Assembly: GCA_963674735.2 (NCBI GenBank)
Contig: CAXXQS010000002.1
Coordinates: forward strand, 2,080,001 to 2,144,000
Length of the DNA: 64,000 nucleotides
Source: Myxococcota bacterium
GTDB taxonomy: Bacteria; Myxococcota_A; SURF-8
Direction of reading: 5' to 3'
Within the stretch, counting starts at the first letter, position 1; the number at the start of each line of letters is the position of its first letter. Positions 8,471-18,137 of the stretch are shown piece after piece. The notes beneath the pieces were generated by a model that saw only the letters and a list, made by a program, of their open reading frames with translations, did no database searches and was not told where the DNA came from. Both the position numbers and the translations under genes were made by a program.

Positions 8471-9343
8471 ATGACTTTCTCTCAGTCCATCGGGGAGAAC
8501 GGATTCGCCTTGATTGCCGAGGTCGATCCGCCCAAGGGCGTCAATCTCGACGATTTCGAGCATCACGCGCAATCGCTCAAATCCCGTGTCGATACCCTCG
8601 CGGTAACCGACAACGAGCACGCCGTGATGCGCATGGCTCCCTGGGCTCCCTGCCATCGTCTCATCACGCTCGGCTTCGACCCCTGGATCGTCCTCAACGC
8701 TCGCGACCGTAACCGACTGTCTTTGCAGGCGGATCTGCTCGGGGCGGCGGCGCTGGGGGTGCGCCACGTGCTGGTGAAGGAGGGGCTCGATCCCGATTGG
8801 GGCGATCAGCCCATGGTACGCAGCAGCGGCGACCTGGATATGGTCACCATGGTCAAATGCGTCCAATCCCTCAACAACGGGAGGGATCTGGGAGGAGAGG
8901 AACTGAACGGGAAACCGGCCTTTTCCATCGCGGCGGGTCTGGAGCTGTCGGACGACATCGGCACCAATCGCAAACGCGCCGACCAGATGATGGAGCTGGC
9001 CGAGCTCGGAGTCGATACGGTCGTGCTCGGTCCCACTTACGACCGCAATATTCTGGACCTCTTCGCCGAGAAAGCGGAGAGTGCCGATATCACGCTCATC
9101 GCCACCTTGATGCTGTTGAAATCGGTGGCCATGATTCGGTATCTCAACCACCTGCCCGGTGTTCCGGCCGTCCCGCATACCTATCTCAAAGACATGCTGG
9201 ATGCCCCGGTGAAGACGCAGGCGGGGGTGGAAATCGCCGCTACCTTCTACAAGGATCTGCAAGAGGTCTGCCGGGGGGTGCTGTTGCAAGGCCTGGGCTG
9301 GGGTCCGCGTTTGATCCCCTTCCTGGACCGGATCGGGCGCTGA
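8471..9343 (+). CDS. Methylenetetrahydrofolate reductase-like paralog (divergent)
   Basis: AEVDPPKG, VTDN, RDRNRLSLQADLLGAAALG align with the MetF at 17171. RBS GGAGG. Confidence 0.8.
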   Translation: MTFSQSIGENGFALIAEVDPPKGVNLDDFEHHAQSLKSRVDTLAVTDNEHAVMRMAPWAPCHRLITLGFDPWIVLNARDRNRLSLQADLLGAAALGVRHVLVKEGLDPDWGDQPMVRSSGDLDMVTMVKCVQSLNNGRDLGGEELNGKPAFSIAAGLELSDDIGTNRKRADQMMELAELGVDTVVLGPTYDRNILDLFAEKAESADITLIATLMLLKSVAMIRYLNHLPGVPAVPHTYLKDMLDAPVKTQAGVEIAATFYKDLQEVCRGVLLQGLGWGPRLIPFLDRIGR

Positions 9344-9344
9344 T

Positions 9345-10931
9345 ATGACCGCAGGGCGCAGCATGTCGGTCGGGTCGATCACCCAGTCGCTGTTCAATGC
9401 CCTGGACGGATTGGGCTCGCCGCTGATGCTGGCTACCATCATCGAAGGCACCCCGAACGGCGTGCTGGTGGCCGACCGCCGCCACATGATCCATTACGCC
9501 AATCCTTCCGCCCTGCGTATGACCGGTTTCGACATCGACGACTTGCAGGATCGCAGCATTCCCGATCTGCTGGGTTTGACGGAGGCGGAAGTCGCCGTCG
9601 AATGTCGGTCGTTGGCCGGACCGCCCGAAGCCCTTGAAAAACGACCGCGCCACGAACTGATTATCGTCAACCGCACGAGCGGCGAGCGCTATTACGTCGA
9701 AGCGAGTTTTCTGCGTCCCCATCCGGAGCACGACCGCTACGCGGTTTTACTGGTGGACATCAACGAGCGCAAGCAACTCGAAATCGAACTCAGGCGACGC
9801 AATTCGTTTTTCCACAAGCTGATCGATTCGTCGGTGGACGGCATCATCGCCTCCGACATGAAGGGCCGCCTGATTCTGTTCAACCAGGGCGCGCAACAAC
9901 TGCTCGGCTATACCGAAGAGGAAGCGCGGCGGGACGTGCATGTCACCAAGCTGTATCCCGAAGGGGAGGCCGAATCCATCATCCGCCGCATGCGTTCGGA
10001 CCAATACGGCGGCCGCGGCAAGCTGTTGCGTCATGAACTGGTGGCCATCACCAATACCGGAACGGCGATTCCGATGAGCTTTTCGGGCGGCATCATTTAC
10101 GATGACGGCCAGGAAATCGCCACCTTCGGGATCTTCACCGATCTGCGTCGCATCCAGAAGGCCGAAGAGGACTTGCAGCAGACGCATCAGATGCTGCAGC
10201 AGTCGGAGAAAATGGCCGGACTGGGACGTCTGGCGGCGGGGGTGGCGCACGAAATCAACAACCCCATGTCGGGGATCATGCTCTACGCCAATCTGGCGCG
10301 GGAGGAATTGGGCGACGAACACGCCTCGGCCGCCGATCTGGATGTCATTATCCGTGAGGCGGAGCGCTGCAAAACCATCGTTTCCGACCTGCTGGAGTTT
10401 TCTCACGAGCACGCCTACGACATGGGCTGCGTCGATCTCAACGATATCATCACCAAAACCCTGGCGCTTTTGGAAATGCAGCCGCTGTTTCACAACATCC
10501 GGCTCGAACTGGATCTCGATCCCGAGTTGATGTCCATTCAGGGGAACGCCGCCAAGCTGAGCCAGGTGGTCATGAATCTGCTGATCAATGCCGCCCAGGC
10601 CATGGACGGGCGCGGCGTGTTGCGGGTGGCCAGCCGGACGCGCGCCCACGGCGGTATGGTGGAATTGAGTATTGCCGACAGCGGTCCGGGCATCGATGCG
10701 GTCAATCTGCCGCGCATCTTCGATCCGTTTTTCACCACCAAAGCGCAGGGCAAGGGCACCGGTCTGGGCTTGAGCGTGTCGTATGCCATCGTGAAAGAAC
10801 ACAAGGGCACCATCCGGGCTCGTTCCGAAGAAGGGAAAGGGGCTACCTTCATGCTGCGCTTTCCCATTATGGAAACGGGCTGTGGGGGTCGCCGGGAAAC
10901 GGAAACCATCGGCCGGGAGGAAACGTCATGA
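9345..10931 (+). CDS. Cytoplasmic PAS-PAS sensor histidine kinase (NtrB-like)
   Basis: Two PAS-like segments, AHEINNP H-box, NAAQA, DSGPG, FDPFFTTK, GTGLGL. No obvious TM helix. Confidence 0.9.
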   Translation: MTAGRSMSVGSITQSLFNALDGLGSPLMLATIIEGTPNGVLVADRRHMIHYANPSALRMTGFDIDDLQDRSIPDLLGLTEAEVAVECRSLAGPPEALEKRPRHELIIVNRTSGERYYVEASFLRPHPEHDRYAVLLVDINERKQLEIELRRRNSFFHKLIDSSVDGIIASDMKGRLILFNQGAQQLLGYTEEEARRDVHVTKLYPEGEAESIIRRMRSDQYGGRGKLLRHELVAITNTGTAIPMSFSGGIIYDDGQEIATFGIFTDLRRIQKAEEDLQQTHQMLQQSEKMAGLGRLAAGVAHEINNPMSGIMLYANLAREELGDEHASAADLDVIIREAERCKTIVSDLLEFSHEHAYDMGCVDLNDIITKTLALLEMQPLFHNIRLELDLDPELMSIQGNAAKLSQVVMNLLINAAQAMDGRGVLRVASRTRAHGGMVELSIADSGPGIDAVNLPRIFDPFFTTKAQGKGTGLGLSVSYAIVKEHKGTIRARSEEGKGATFMLRFPIMETGCGGRRETETIGREETS

Positions 10932-11482
10932 CGTTGCCCGAGATCAGACCGGCGGAGGGCAGCCGCCACCTCAAGCGCGAACTGAAGGCGGCCGGACTGG
11001 ACGTGGCGGCCTGTTACCAGTGCGGGCGTTGCTCGGCGGGCTGTCCCATCGCGCCGTTTTACGATCTCTTGCCCATGCAGGTGATTCGTCTGGCGGCTTA
11101 CGGGATGGAACGCGAACTGATGCAAAGCCACACCATCTGGCTCTGCGCGTCTTGTGAAACCTGCTCGACGCGCTGCCCCAACGCCATCGATATCGCGGGG
11201 GTGATGGATTTTCTGCGCGAGTGGGCCTTGAGCCACGGTCTCGAACCGGCCGAGCCGCGCGTGGCCGCTTTCCACAAAGCCTTTTTGCACTCCATCGAGC
11301 GCGGGGGACGCACCTTCGAGTTGGGCATGATGGGACGCTACAAATGGCTGAGCGGCGACTGGTTTGGGGATATGGGGCTCGGCTTGAAAATGCTGGGACG
11401 CGGCAAGCTGCGTTTGATTCCGCAGGGCGTGAAGGACAAGCGCGGGGTACGGCGTTTGTTTATCCGCGCCGGGAAGGATTGA
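10928..11482 (+). CDS. hdrC: Heterodisulfide reductase subunit C
   Basis: CYQCGRCSAGCP and IWLCASCETCSTRCP; precedes hdrB. Confidence 0.9.
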   Translation: MTLPEIRPAEGSRHLKRELKAAGLDVAACYQCGRCSAGCPIAPFYDLLPMQVIRLAAYGMERELMQSHTIWLCASCETCSTRCPNAIDIAGVMDFLREWALSHGLEPAEPRVAAFHKAFLHSIERGGRTFELGMMGRYKWLSGDWFGDMGLGLKMLGRGKLRLIPQGVKDKRGVRRLFIRAGKD

Positions 11483-11485
11483 CGC

Positions 11486-12355
11486 ATGAAAATGGCCTAC
11501 TATCCGGGCTGCTCGTTGGAAGGCAGCGCTAAGGACTGCGACCGCTCCGTGCGGGACGTGGCGGCGCGCCTCGGGGTCGAGCTGGTCGAACTGGAAGACT
11601 GGAGTTGTTGCGGGGCGAGTTCGGCTCATATGACCAACCAACGCCTGGGCATTCTACTGGGCGCGCGCAACCTTTTGATTGCCGAACGGACCGGCCTCGA
11701 CGTGCTGGTGCCCTGTTCCGCCTGCTACCAGCGTCTGAAAGCCGCCGATCACGCCTTGCGCGCGGATCCGGTGGCTTGGGAGGTGGAGCGCTACGAACCT
11801 GAATTCGAAATCGTGCACCTCTCGCGTTTTCTGGTGCAGCCGCAGGTGTTGGCCCTGTTGAAAGAGCGGGTGACGCATCCGCTGAGCGGTCTGAAGGCGG
11901 CTTGCTATTACGGTTGTTTATCGCTACGACCGCCCGACCTCACCGGCGCGGCCGATGCCGAGCAACCGCAGGCGTTGGCGCAGGTGATGGAGGCGTTGGG
12001 CGTCGAGGCGGTGCCCTGGAGCCATGCCACCGAATGTTGCGGCGGCAGCCTGACGGTCGCGCGGCCCGATATCTCGCGGCAGTTGGTGGGCGATCTGGTG
12101 ACGGCGGCGCGGCGCGGCGGGGCGGATGTGATCGTCACGGACTGCCCCATGTGTCAAGCCAATCTCGAATCGCGCCAGTTGGATCTGGCCGAGAACGAAA
12201 ACCTGAAAATGCTGCCGGTGATGTTCCCGACGGAACTGGCCCTGCTGGCCTTGGCGGAGGAAAAAACAGCTCCGCGTTTTCCGGCGCATCTGATCGATCC
12301 CGGACCGGCGCTTATGGCCGCGTTGACGGCGACGGAGGAAGCCCATGAAGCCTGA
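11486..12355 (+). CDS. hdrB: Heterodisulfide reductase subunit B (two CCG domains)
   Basis: YYPGC, WSCCG, PCSACY, YYGC, ECCGG, DCPMCQ. Confidence 0.9.
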   Translation: MKMAYYPGCSLEGSAKDCDRSVRDVAARLGVELVELEDWSCCGASSAHMTNQRLGILLGARNLLIAERTGLDVLVPCSACYQRLKAADHALRADPVAWEVERYEPEFEIVHLSRFLVQPQVLALLKERVTHPLSGLKAACYYGCLSLRPPDLTGAADAEQPQALAQVMEALGVEAVPWSHATECCGGSLTVARPDISRQLVGDLVTAARRGGADVIVTDCPMCQANLESRQLDLAENENLKMLPVMFPTELALLALAEEKTAPRFPAHLIDPGPALMAALTATEEAHEA

Positions 12356-15300
12356 CGACCCCGGCAAGCAGGCGCGTTCCGCCTCGGAGGCGGCAGACGG
12401 CCAACCGACGGCGGGTCCGCCGGTGGGCGCGGTGCTGGTGGTGGGGGGCGGCATCAGCGGCATGCAGAGTGCGCTCGATCTGGCCAACGGCGGCTTCAAG
12501 GTATATCTGGTCGAGGCCGCTCCGGCGGTGGGCGGACGTATGGCCCAGCTCGATAAAACCTTTCCCACCAACGATTGCGCCATGTGCATCGTATCGCCCA
12601 AACTGGTGGAACTGGGGCGTCACAAGAACATCGAGTTGCTCACCTATAGCGAGGTGGAAGCGCTCGAAGGCGAGATGGGGCATTTTACCGTAACGGTTCG
12701 ACAACGACCGCGTTTCGTCGATCCCGATGCCTGTACCGGTTGCGGCGCCTGCGAGCAGGCCTGCCCGGTTACGCAGCGTGCATATTTCCCCGAAGCGTCG
12801 TCCGACGGAAGCCCCGCCAAGCCCAAACGCGGCGGTGAAAAGCGCGTCTTGCCGTTCCGATCCGAGGCGCGTCCGCAGTTGAACGACGCCCCCGCCTGGG
12901 GCTTTTCGGTGGACGAAGACGCCTGCAAGAAATGCGGAATGTGCGCGCGCGCCTGTCCGGTGGCCGCGATTGACTGGGAGAAAAAGCAGGTAGCCCATAT
13001 CGATCCCGATGCCTGCATCGGCTGCGGCAGCTGTTATGTGGTGTGCCCGCCCAAGGCCGACGCCATCCGTATCGCGAACGCCGCCGAATGGCAACGCGGG
13101 GTGGGCGCGGCGCTTCTGGCGCGGTCGGCGGCCTTGAAGAAGGCGGCCACGGCGCAGGATGAATCCGATTGCCTGCGCTGCGGACTGTGCCAGGTGATGT
13201 GCGACAAGGTGATGGGTGTCAGCGCTCTGCGCCTTACGAAAGACGGCATCGAGACGGCCCGGGACGTGTGTCAGACCTGCGGGGCCTGCGTGTCGGTGTG
13301 CCCGGTGGGCTTTTTGTCGATCGACAAGATGAGCGTCCACACGCCGCGTCCGCTTTTGAGCGACTTCAACGAACGGCTCGCACCGCGCAAGCCGGTGTAC
13401 ATCCTCTATCCGCAGGCCGTGCCGCGCGTGCCGGTGATCGATACGGAGGCCTGCGTGCGCCTCAACAGCGGCCATTGCGGCACCTGCGCCACCCTGTGCG
13501 ACGCCGGAGCGATTCGCTACGACGACGCCGAGAAGCTGCGCCGCTTCGAGGTCGGCTCGGTGATTTTGTCGCCGGGTTACGAGGTCTTCGATGCGGCCCG
13601 GCGCGGCGAATTCGGCTACGGCGTGTATCCCAATGTCATGACCAGCCTCGAATTCGAGCGTCTGCTCTCCGCCTCGGGGCCTACCAGCGGCGAGATCCGC
13701 CGCCCGTCCGACGACACTCACCCCAAGCGCATCGCCTGGATTCAGTGCGTGGGATCGCGGGACGTCACCTGCCAGCGCGATGCCTGCTCGTCGATCTGCT
13801 GCATGTACGCCACCAAGGAAGCCGTCATCGCCCGCGAGCACGACAAGCGTATCGAGGCGACGGTGTTCTATATCGACATGCGCAGCTTCGGCAAAAACTT
13901 CGACAGCTACGTCGAACGCGCCCGCTCGCATTACGGCGTGCGCTACCTGCGCGCCATGGTCAGCCGCATCTACGATGATCCGGTCACTCACGATATGGAA
14001 CTGCGCTATGTGGATGAGGCCGGGGAGCAAAAACGGGAAATTTTCGATCTGGTGGTGTTGAGTGTGGGGGTACAGACGGGCTCGACGGCGCGCAAGCTGG
14101 CCGAGCGGCTGGGAGTCGAGCTCGATTCCCTGGGCTTCGCCGCCCATTCCGCACTCAGACCGTTGGCCACCAACCGGCCCGGCATCTTCGTATCCGGCGT
14201 GTTCAGCGCCCCGAAAGACATTCCCGAGACGGTCAGCGAAGCCAGCGGCGCGGCGGGCGCGGCGGCGGCCGAGCTGCAACTTGCGCGTCATACGCTCACC
14301 GCGCAAAGCGACTTTCCCCCGGAAAAAGCCGTCAACGGACACGATCCGCGCATCGGCGTGCTCGTGTGCCATTGCGGCATCAACATCGCCTCGGTGGTGG
14401 ACGTGCCGGATGTGGTCGAATACGCCCTGAGCCTGCCGCATGTGGTCTACGCCGAGCATCCGCTCTACACCTGCTCGCAGGATACCCAGGAACGCTTGCG
14501 CGACCTGATCGGCGAACACGACCTCACCCATTTGGTGGTGGCGGCCTGCTCGCCGCGCACCCACGAACCGGTGTTCCAGGAAACCATGCGCCAGACGGGC
14601 CTGAATCCCTACCTGTTCGACATGGCCAACATTCGCGATCAATGCAGTTGGGTGCATCCTTCCGAACCCGAGCGTGCGACCGCCAAGGCTAAACGGCTGG
14701 TGTCGATGGCCGTGGCCAACGTGGCGCAGGCCGAAGCCCTGCACGACCACGAGTTCCCGGTCGACTCGCGCCTGCTGGTGATCGGCGGCGGGGTGGCGGG
14801 CATGTCGGCGGCGCTGTTGGCGGCGCGTCAGGGTTTCGGCGTGTATCTGGTCGAGAAGGAAGCGGAACTGGGCGGCCTGCTCAATCGCCTGCGCCGAACG
14901 GTCGAGGGCGAGAATGTGTTGGCCTATATGCATTCGCTGATTCAGGCCTTGAAAGACGAGCCGAAGGTGCAGGTCTTTCCCGGATCGGAAGTGGTGGCGC
15001 ATAGCGGTTTTGTGGGCAGTTTCGAAACGGAGATCATGACGCCCACCGGCGCGAGCCGCGTGGTCAAGCACGGGGCGACGATCGTCGCCACCGGCGGGGG
15101 CGAGGCGCGTCCCGATCTGTATTGCCTGGGCAGCCACGAGCGCGTCGTCACCCAGCTCGATCTGGAAGGCATGCTGGAAACGGAAGATGGCTTGGACCAG
15201 GCCGCGCCGCAGGTGGCGATGATTCTCTGCGCCGGGTCGCGCGACGACGCCTTTTTGCCCTACTGCTCGCGCGTGTGCTGCAACCAGTCGATCAAAAATG

Positions 15301-16052
15301 CGCGGGCGCTGATGGCCCGTTATCCCGAAGCCCGCGTGGATGTGCTGTACCGCGATATCCGTAGCTATGGATTGGGCGAACAGGCCTACCGCGAAGCGCG
15401 CCGCGCCGGAGTCAACTTCATTCGCTACGATCCCGACACCAACCCGATTCAGGTCGAACCCAAGGGCGTGGGTTTCGAGCTGCGCGTGGTGGATCCGTCC
15501 ATCGCCCGCACGGTGGTTTTGGAGCCCTCTTTATTGGTATTGGCTACCGGGATCGAGTCGGCCGAGGCCGACGAACTGGCCACCATGCTGCGGGTGCCGC
15601 GCAATCCGAACGGCTTTTTCTTCGAGGCCCATGCCAAGCTGCGCCCGGTGGATTTTGCCAGCGAGGGACTCTTTCTGGCCGGATTGGCCCATGGACCGAA
15701 GTCCATAACGGAAACCCTGTCGCAGGCCTCGGCGGCCGTGGCGCGCGCCGCCGTGATTCTATCGAAAGACAGCTTGCGGCTTTCGGGCGTGGTGTCGCGT
15801 GTCGATGCGGAGCGCTGCGCCGTATGCCTGACCTGCGTGCGCGCCTGCCCTTACGGGGTGCCGGTGATCAACGAGGAGCACACCGCCGAAATCAATCCGG
15901 CCTTGTGTCAGGGTTGCGGAATTTGTGCGGCGGAATGTCCGGCCAAAGCCATCACGCTTGGCCGTTATCGTGACGAAAACGTGTTTGCGAAACTGGAAGC
16001 CTATGCGGTGGCCGTTGCGCCGCCGGTTTCCCCGGGAGGTCCGGATGTCTGA
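12345..16052 (+). CDS. hdrA: Large heterodisulfide reductase subunit A (two FAD modules, polyferredoxin insert)
   Basis: GGGISG and GGGVAG FAD motifs, LDKTFPTNDCAMC, QCVGSR...CSSICC, CHCGIN, AACSPR, NIRDQC, LCAGSR...CSRVCC, and eight ferredoxin-type Cys motifs. Confidence 0.9.
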   Translation: MKPDDPGKQARSASEAADGQPTAGPPVGAVLVVGGGISGMQSALDLANGGFKVYLVEAAPAVGGRMAQLDKTFPTNDCAMCIVSPKLVELGRHKNIELLTYSEVEALEGEMGHFTVTVRQRPRFVDPDACTGCGACEQACPVTQRAYFPEASSDGSPAKPKRGGEKRVLPFRSEARPQLNDAPAWGFSVDEDACKKCGMCARACPVAAIDWEKKQVAHIDPDACIGCGSCYVVCPPKADAIRIANAAEWQRGVGAALLARSAALKKAATAQDESDCLRCGLCQVMCDKVMGVSALRLTKDGIETARDVCQTCGACVSVCPVGFLSIDKMSVHTPRPLLSDFNERLAPRKPVYILYPQAVPRVPVIDTEACVRLNSGHCGTCATLCDAGAIRYDDAEKLRRFEVGSVILSPGYEVFDAARRGEFGYGVYPNVMTSLEFERLLSASGPTSGEIRRPSDDTHPKRIAWIQCVGSRDVTCQRDACSSICCMYATKEAVIAREHDKRIEATVFYIDMRSFGKNFDSYVERARSHYGVRYLRAMVSRIYDDPVTHDMELRYVDEAGEQKREIFDLVVLSVGVQTGSTARKLAERLGVELDSLGFAAHSALRPLATNRPGIFVSGVFSAPKDIPETVSEASGAAGAAAAELQLARHTLTAQSDFPPEKAVNGHDPRIGVLVCHCGINIASVVDVPDVVEYALSLPHVVYAEHPLYTCSQDTQERLRDLIGEHDLTHLVVAACSPRTHEPVFQETMRQTGLNPYLFDMANIRDQCSWVHPSEPERATAKAKRLVSMAVANVAQAEALHDHEFPVDSRLLVIGGGVAGMSAALLAARQGFGVYLVEKEAELGGLLNRLRRTVEGENVLAYMHSLIQALKDEPKVQVFPGSEVVAHSGFVGSFETEIMTPTGASRVVKHGATIVATGGGEARPDLYCLGSHERVVTQLDLEGMLETEDGLDQAAPQVAMILCAGSRDDAFLPYCSRVCCNQSIKNARALMARYPEARVDVLYRDIRSYGLGEQAYREARRAGVNFIRYDPDTNPIQVEPKGVGFELRVVDPSIARTVVLEPSLLVLATGIESAEADELATMLRVPRNPNGFFFEAHAKLRPVDFASEGLFLAGLAHGPKSITETLSQASAAVARAAVILSKDSLRLSGVVSRVDAERCAVCLTCVRACPYGVPVINEEHTAEINPALCQGCGICAAECPAKAITLGRYRDENVFAKLEAYAVAVAPPVSPGGPDV

Positions 16053-16509
16053 TTTCGATCCCAATGTGGTGGTTTTCGCCTGCCGTCATTGAGCGTACAC
16101 CGCGGCGGACCTGGCAGGTTCGGAACGGCGTGCGTACCCGGATTCCTTGTCCGTGGTGATGGTCCCCTGCACCGGGCGGGTGGATGAAGGAATGTTGCTC
16201 AAAAGCTTCGAAAAGGGAGCCGACGGCGTGATGGTGGTGGGGTGCCTGGAGGGCGACTGCCATTTCGAGCGCGGCAACTTGCGCGCCAAGGCGCGTGTGG
16301 GTCGCAGCGCCGCCATTCTCGACGCCGCCGGGGTGGGCGGGGCACGCGTACGGATGTTCAATCTGAGCGCGGGCGAGGGAAACAAGTTCGCCGCCTACGC
16401 CAACGAATTCGTCGAACAGATTCGCGACTTGGGGCCGAGCCCGATCAACCGGATTCGACGCGGTTTGCCCGTGTCGCCATCGGCGGCCGAACAGGAGGAA
16501 ACGCCATGA
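16045..16509 (+). CDS. mvhD: MvhD/FlpD 2Fe-2S subunit, selenoprotein (Sec at codon 16)
   Basis: RBS GGAGG and ATG 16045 give MSDFDPNVVVFACRH-TGA-AYTAADLAG, in frame with ORF 16147-16509 (PCTGRVD, GADGV, GCLEGDCHF). TGA at 16090-16092 occupies a conserved Cys position. Confidence 0.9.
16093..16137 (+). promoter_or_regulatory. Bacterial SECIS hairpin
   Basis: Upper stem CGGACCT/AGGTTCG (16106-16112/16116-16122) with a G-led GGC loop starting after a 20-nt spacer from the TGA. Lower pairing includes GTAC/GTAC. Confidence 0.75.
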
Positions 16510-17174
16510 TCATGGGAAGCGCCAAACCCCTGGATGAAATTCTGGCCATGATCGAACCCTACGACCGCATCATCCTGGCGGGTTGCAACGGCTGCGTCAC
16601 CGTCTGCCGCGCAGGCGGGGAAAAAGAAGTCGGGATCATGGCCTCGGCGCTCAGGCTGGCACGCGAAACCGCCGGGCGGCCGCTTGAGATCCGCGAAATC
16701 ACGCTGGAACGCCAATGCGATCCCGAATATCTGGAGGGCGTGCGCCCGTTCATCAGCGACTATCAGGCGCTGTTGTCTATCGCCTGCGGCGCGGGCGTGC
16801 AGTTTATGGCCGAGAAATACCCACGCACCCCGCTTTTACCCGGCATCAACACGGCCTTTATCGGCGTCACCGAACGTCAGGGCGAATGGGCCGAGCGCTG
16901 CCAGGCCTGCGGCGACTGCGTGCTGCACCTCACCGGCGGCATCTGCCCGGTCACCCGCTGCTCCAAGAGTATTTTCCACGGACCCTGCGGTGGGTCCAGC
17001 GACGGGCGCTGCGAGGTGGACAAGAACATCCTGTGCGGTTGGCAACTCATCATCGACCGCCTCAAATCCCTGAACCAGATGGACAATTACCTGAAGCTGC
17101 ACGACATGAAACGCTGGCGCGCCAGCCGGGACGGCGGGCCGCGAAGCATCGTGCGGGAGGACTTGCAGGAATGA
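16506..17174 (+). CDS. metV: Methylene-THF reductase small Fe-S/Zn subunit
   Basis: GCNGCVTVC, ERQCD, ACGAGVQ, ERCQACGDC, GGICPVTRCSKSIFHGPCGG, CEV, CGW. ATGA overlap with mvhD. Confidence 0.85.
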   Translation: MIMGSAKPLDEILAMIEPYDRIILAGCNGCVTVCRAGGEKEVGIMASALRLARETAGRPLEIREITLERQCDPEYLEGVRPFISDYQALLSIACGAGVQFMAEKYPRTPLLPGINTAFIGVTERQGEWAERCQACGDCVLHLTGGICPVTRCSKSIFHGPCGGSSDGRCEVDKNILCGWQLIIDRLKSLNQMDNYLKLHDMKRWRASRDGGPRSIVREDLQE

Positions 17175-18097
17175 AAAGCGGAAGCCAACTCGAACGGATG
17201 TTTGCGGCGGGGCATTTCGTGTTGACCGGCGAATGCGGACCGCCGCGCGGGGCGCGGGCGGAGACGGTACACGAGAAGGCGAAACTCCTCAAGGGCTGCG
17301 TGGACGCCTGCAACGTGACCGACAACCAGACCTCGGTGGTGCGCATGAGTTCCATGGCGGGCTGTTTGCTGCTTCAGCAAAACGGCATCGAACCGACCCT
17401 GCAGATGGTGGTGCGCGACCGCAACCGCATCGCGCTACAGTCGGATATTTTGGGGGCGGCGGCGATGGGCATCGGCAACATGCTGTGTCTGTCGGGCGAC
17501 CACCAGATCTTCGGCGACGATCCGCAGGCAAAAAACGTCTTCGACATCGATTCCATCCAGCTGATCGGGCTGGTTAAAATGATGCGCGACGAAGGCGTGT
17601 TTCCCTCGGGCAAGGAAATCCAGGGTCCGCCCAAGATGTTCATCGGCGCGGCGGTCAATCCCTTCGCCGATCCCTACGAAATCCGCGTACCGCGCCTGGA
17701 GCTGAAAGTGAAAGCGGGGGTCGATTTCGTCCAGACCCAATGCATCTACAACCTGGAGAAATTCGAGCGCTATATGGAAGACCTGCGCAAAAAAGGTCTG
17801 CACGAAAAGGTGTACATCATGGCCGGGGTGACGCCGCTCAAAAGCGCGGGCATGGCCAAATTCATGAAGCGCATGGTGGCGGGCATGGACATCCCCGACG
17901 ACGTGATTGCGCGTGTGGCCGCCGAGCCCAAGGAAAAACAGGCGGATAAAGGCATCGAAATCGCCATCGAGACCATTCAGAGAGTGCGCGAAATCGAAGG
18001 GGTGGCCGGGGTGCACCTCATGGCCATCGAATGGGAAGAGAAAGTCGCCGAAATTACCGAGCGGGCGGGGCTTTTGCCGCGTCCGATTTTGGATTGA
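17171..18097 (+). CDS. metF: 5,10-methylenetetrahydrofolate reductase
   Basis: GECGPPRG, NVTDNQ, RDRNRIALQSD, LSGDH, KVKAGVDFVQTQ, GVHLM. ATGA overlap with metV. Confidence 0.9.
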   Translation: MKSGSQLERMFAAGHFVLTGECGPPRGARAETVHEKAKLLKGCVDACNVTDNQTSVVRMSSMAGCLLLQQNGIEPTLQMVVRDRNRIALQSDILGAAAMGIGNMLCLSGDHQIFGDDPQAKNVFDIDSIQLIGLVKMMRDEGVFPSGKEIQGPPKMFIGAAVNPFADPYEIRVPRLELKVKAGVDFVQTQCIYNLEKFERYMEDLRKKGLHEKVYIMAGVTPLKSAGMAKFMKRMVAGMDIPDDVIARVAAEPKEKQADKGIEIAIETIQRVREIEGVAGVHLMAIEWEEKVAEITERAGLLPRPILD

Positions 18098-18137
18098 ATC
18101 GAGAGACAAGCACGGCAACCCGATAGGAGGAACAAAG

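Noticed and set aside
12312-15137. Long antisense ORFs (941 aa here; also 41910-44408, 44798-47080, 38979-40544)
   Set aside because: Shadow frames of GC-rich genes with no recognisable motifs, fully overlapping well-supported CDSs.
16090-16092. mvhD as a pseudogene
   Set aside because: TGA falls on a conserved Cys position with a SECIS-like hairpin, and the rest of the gene is intact.
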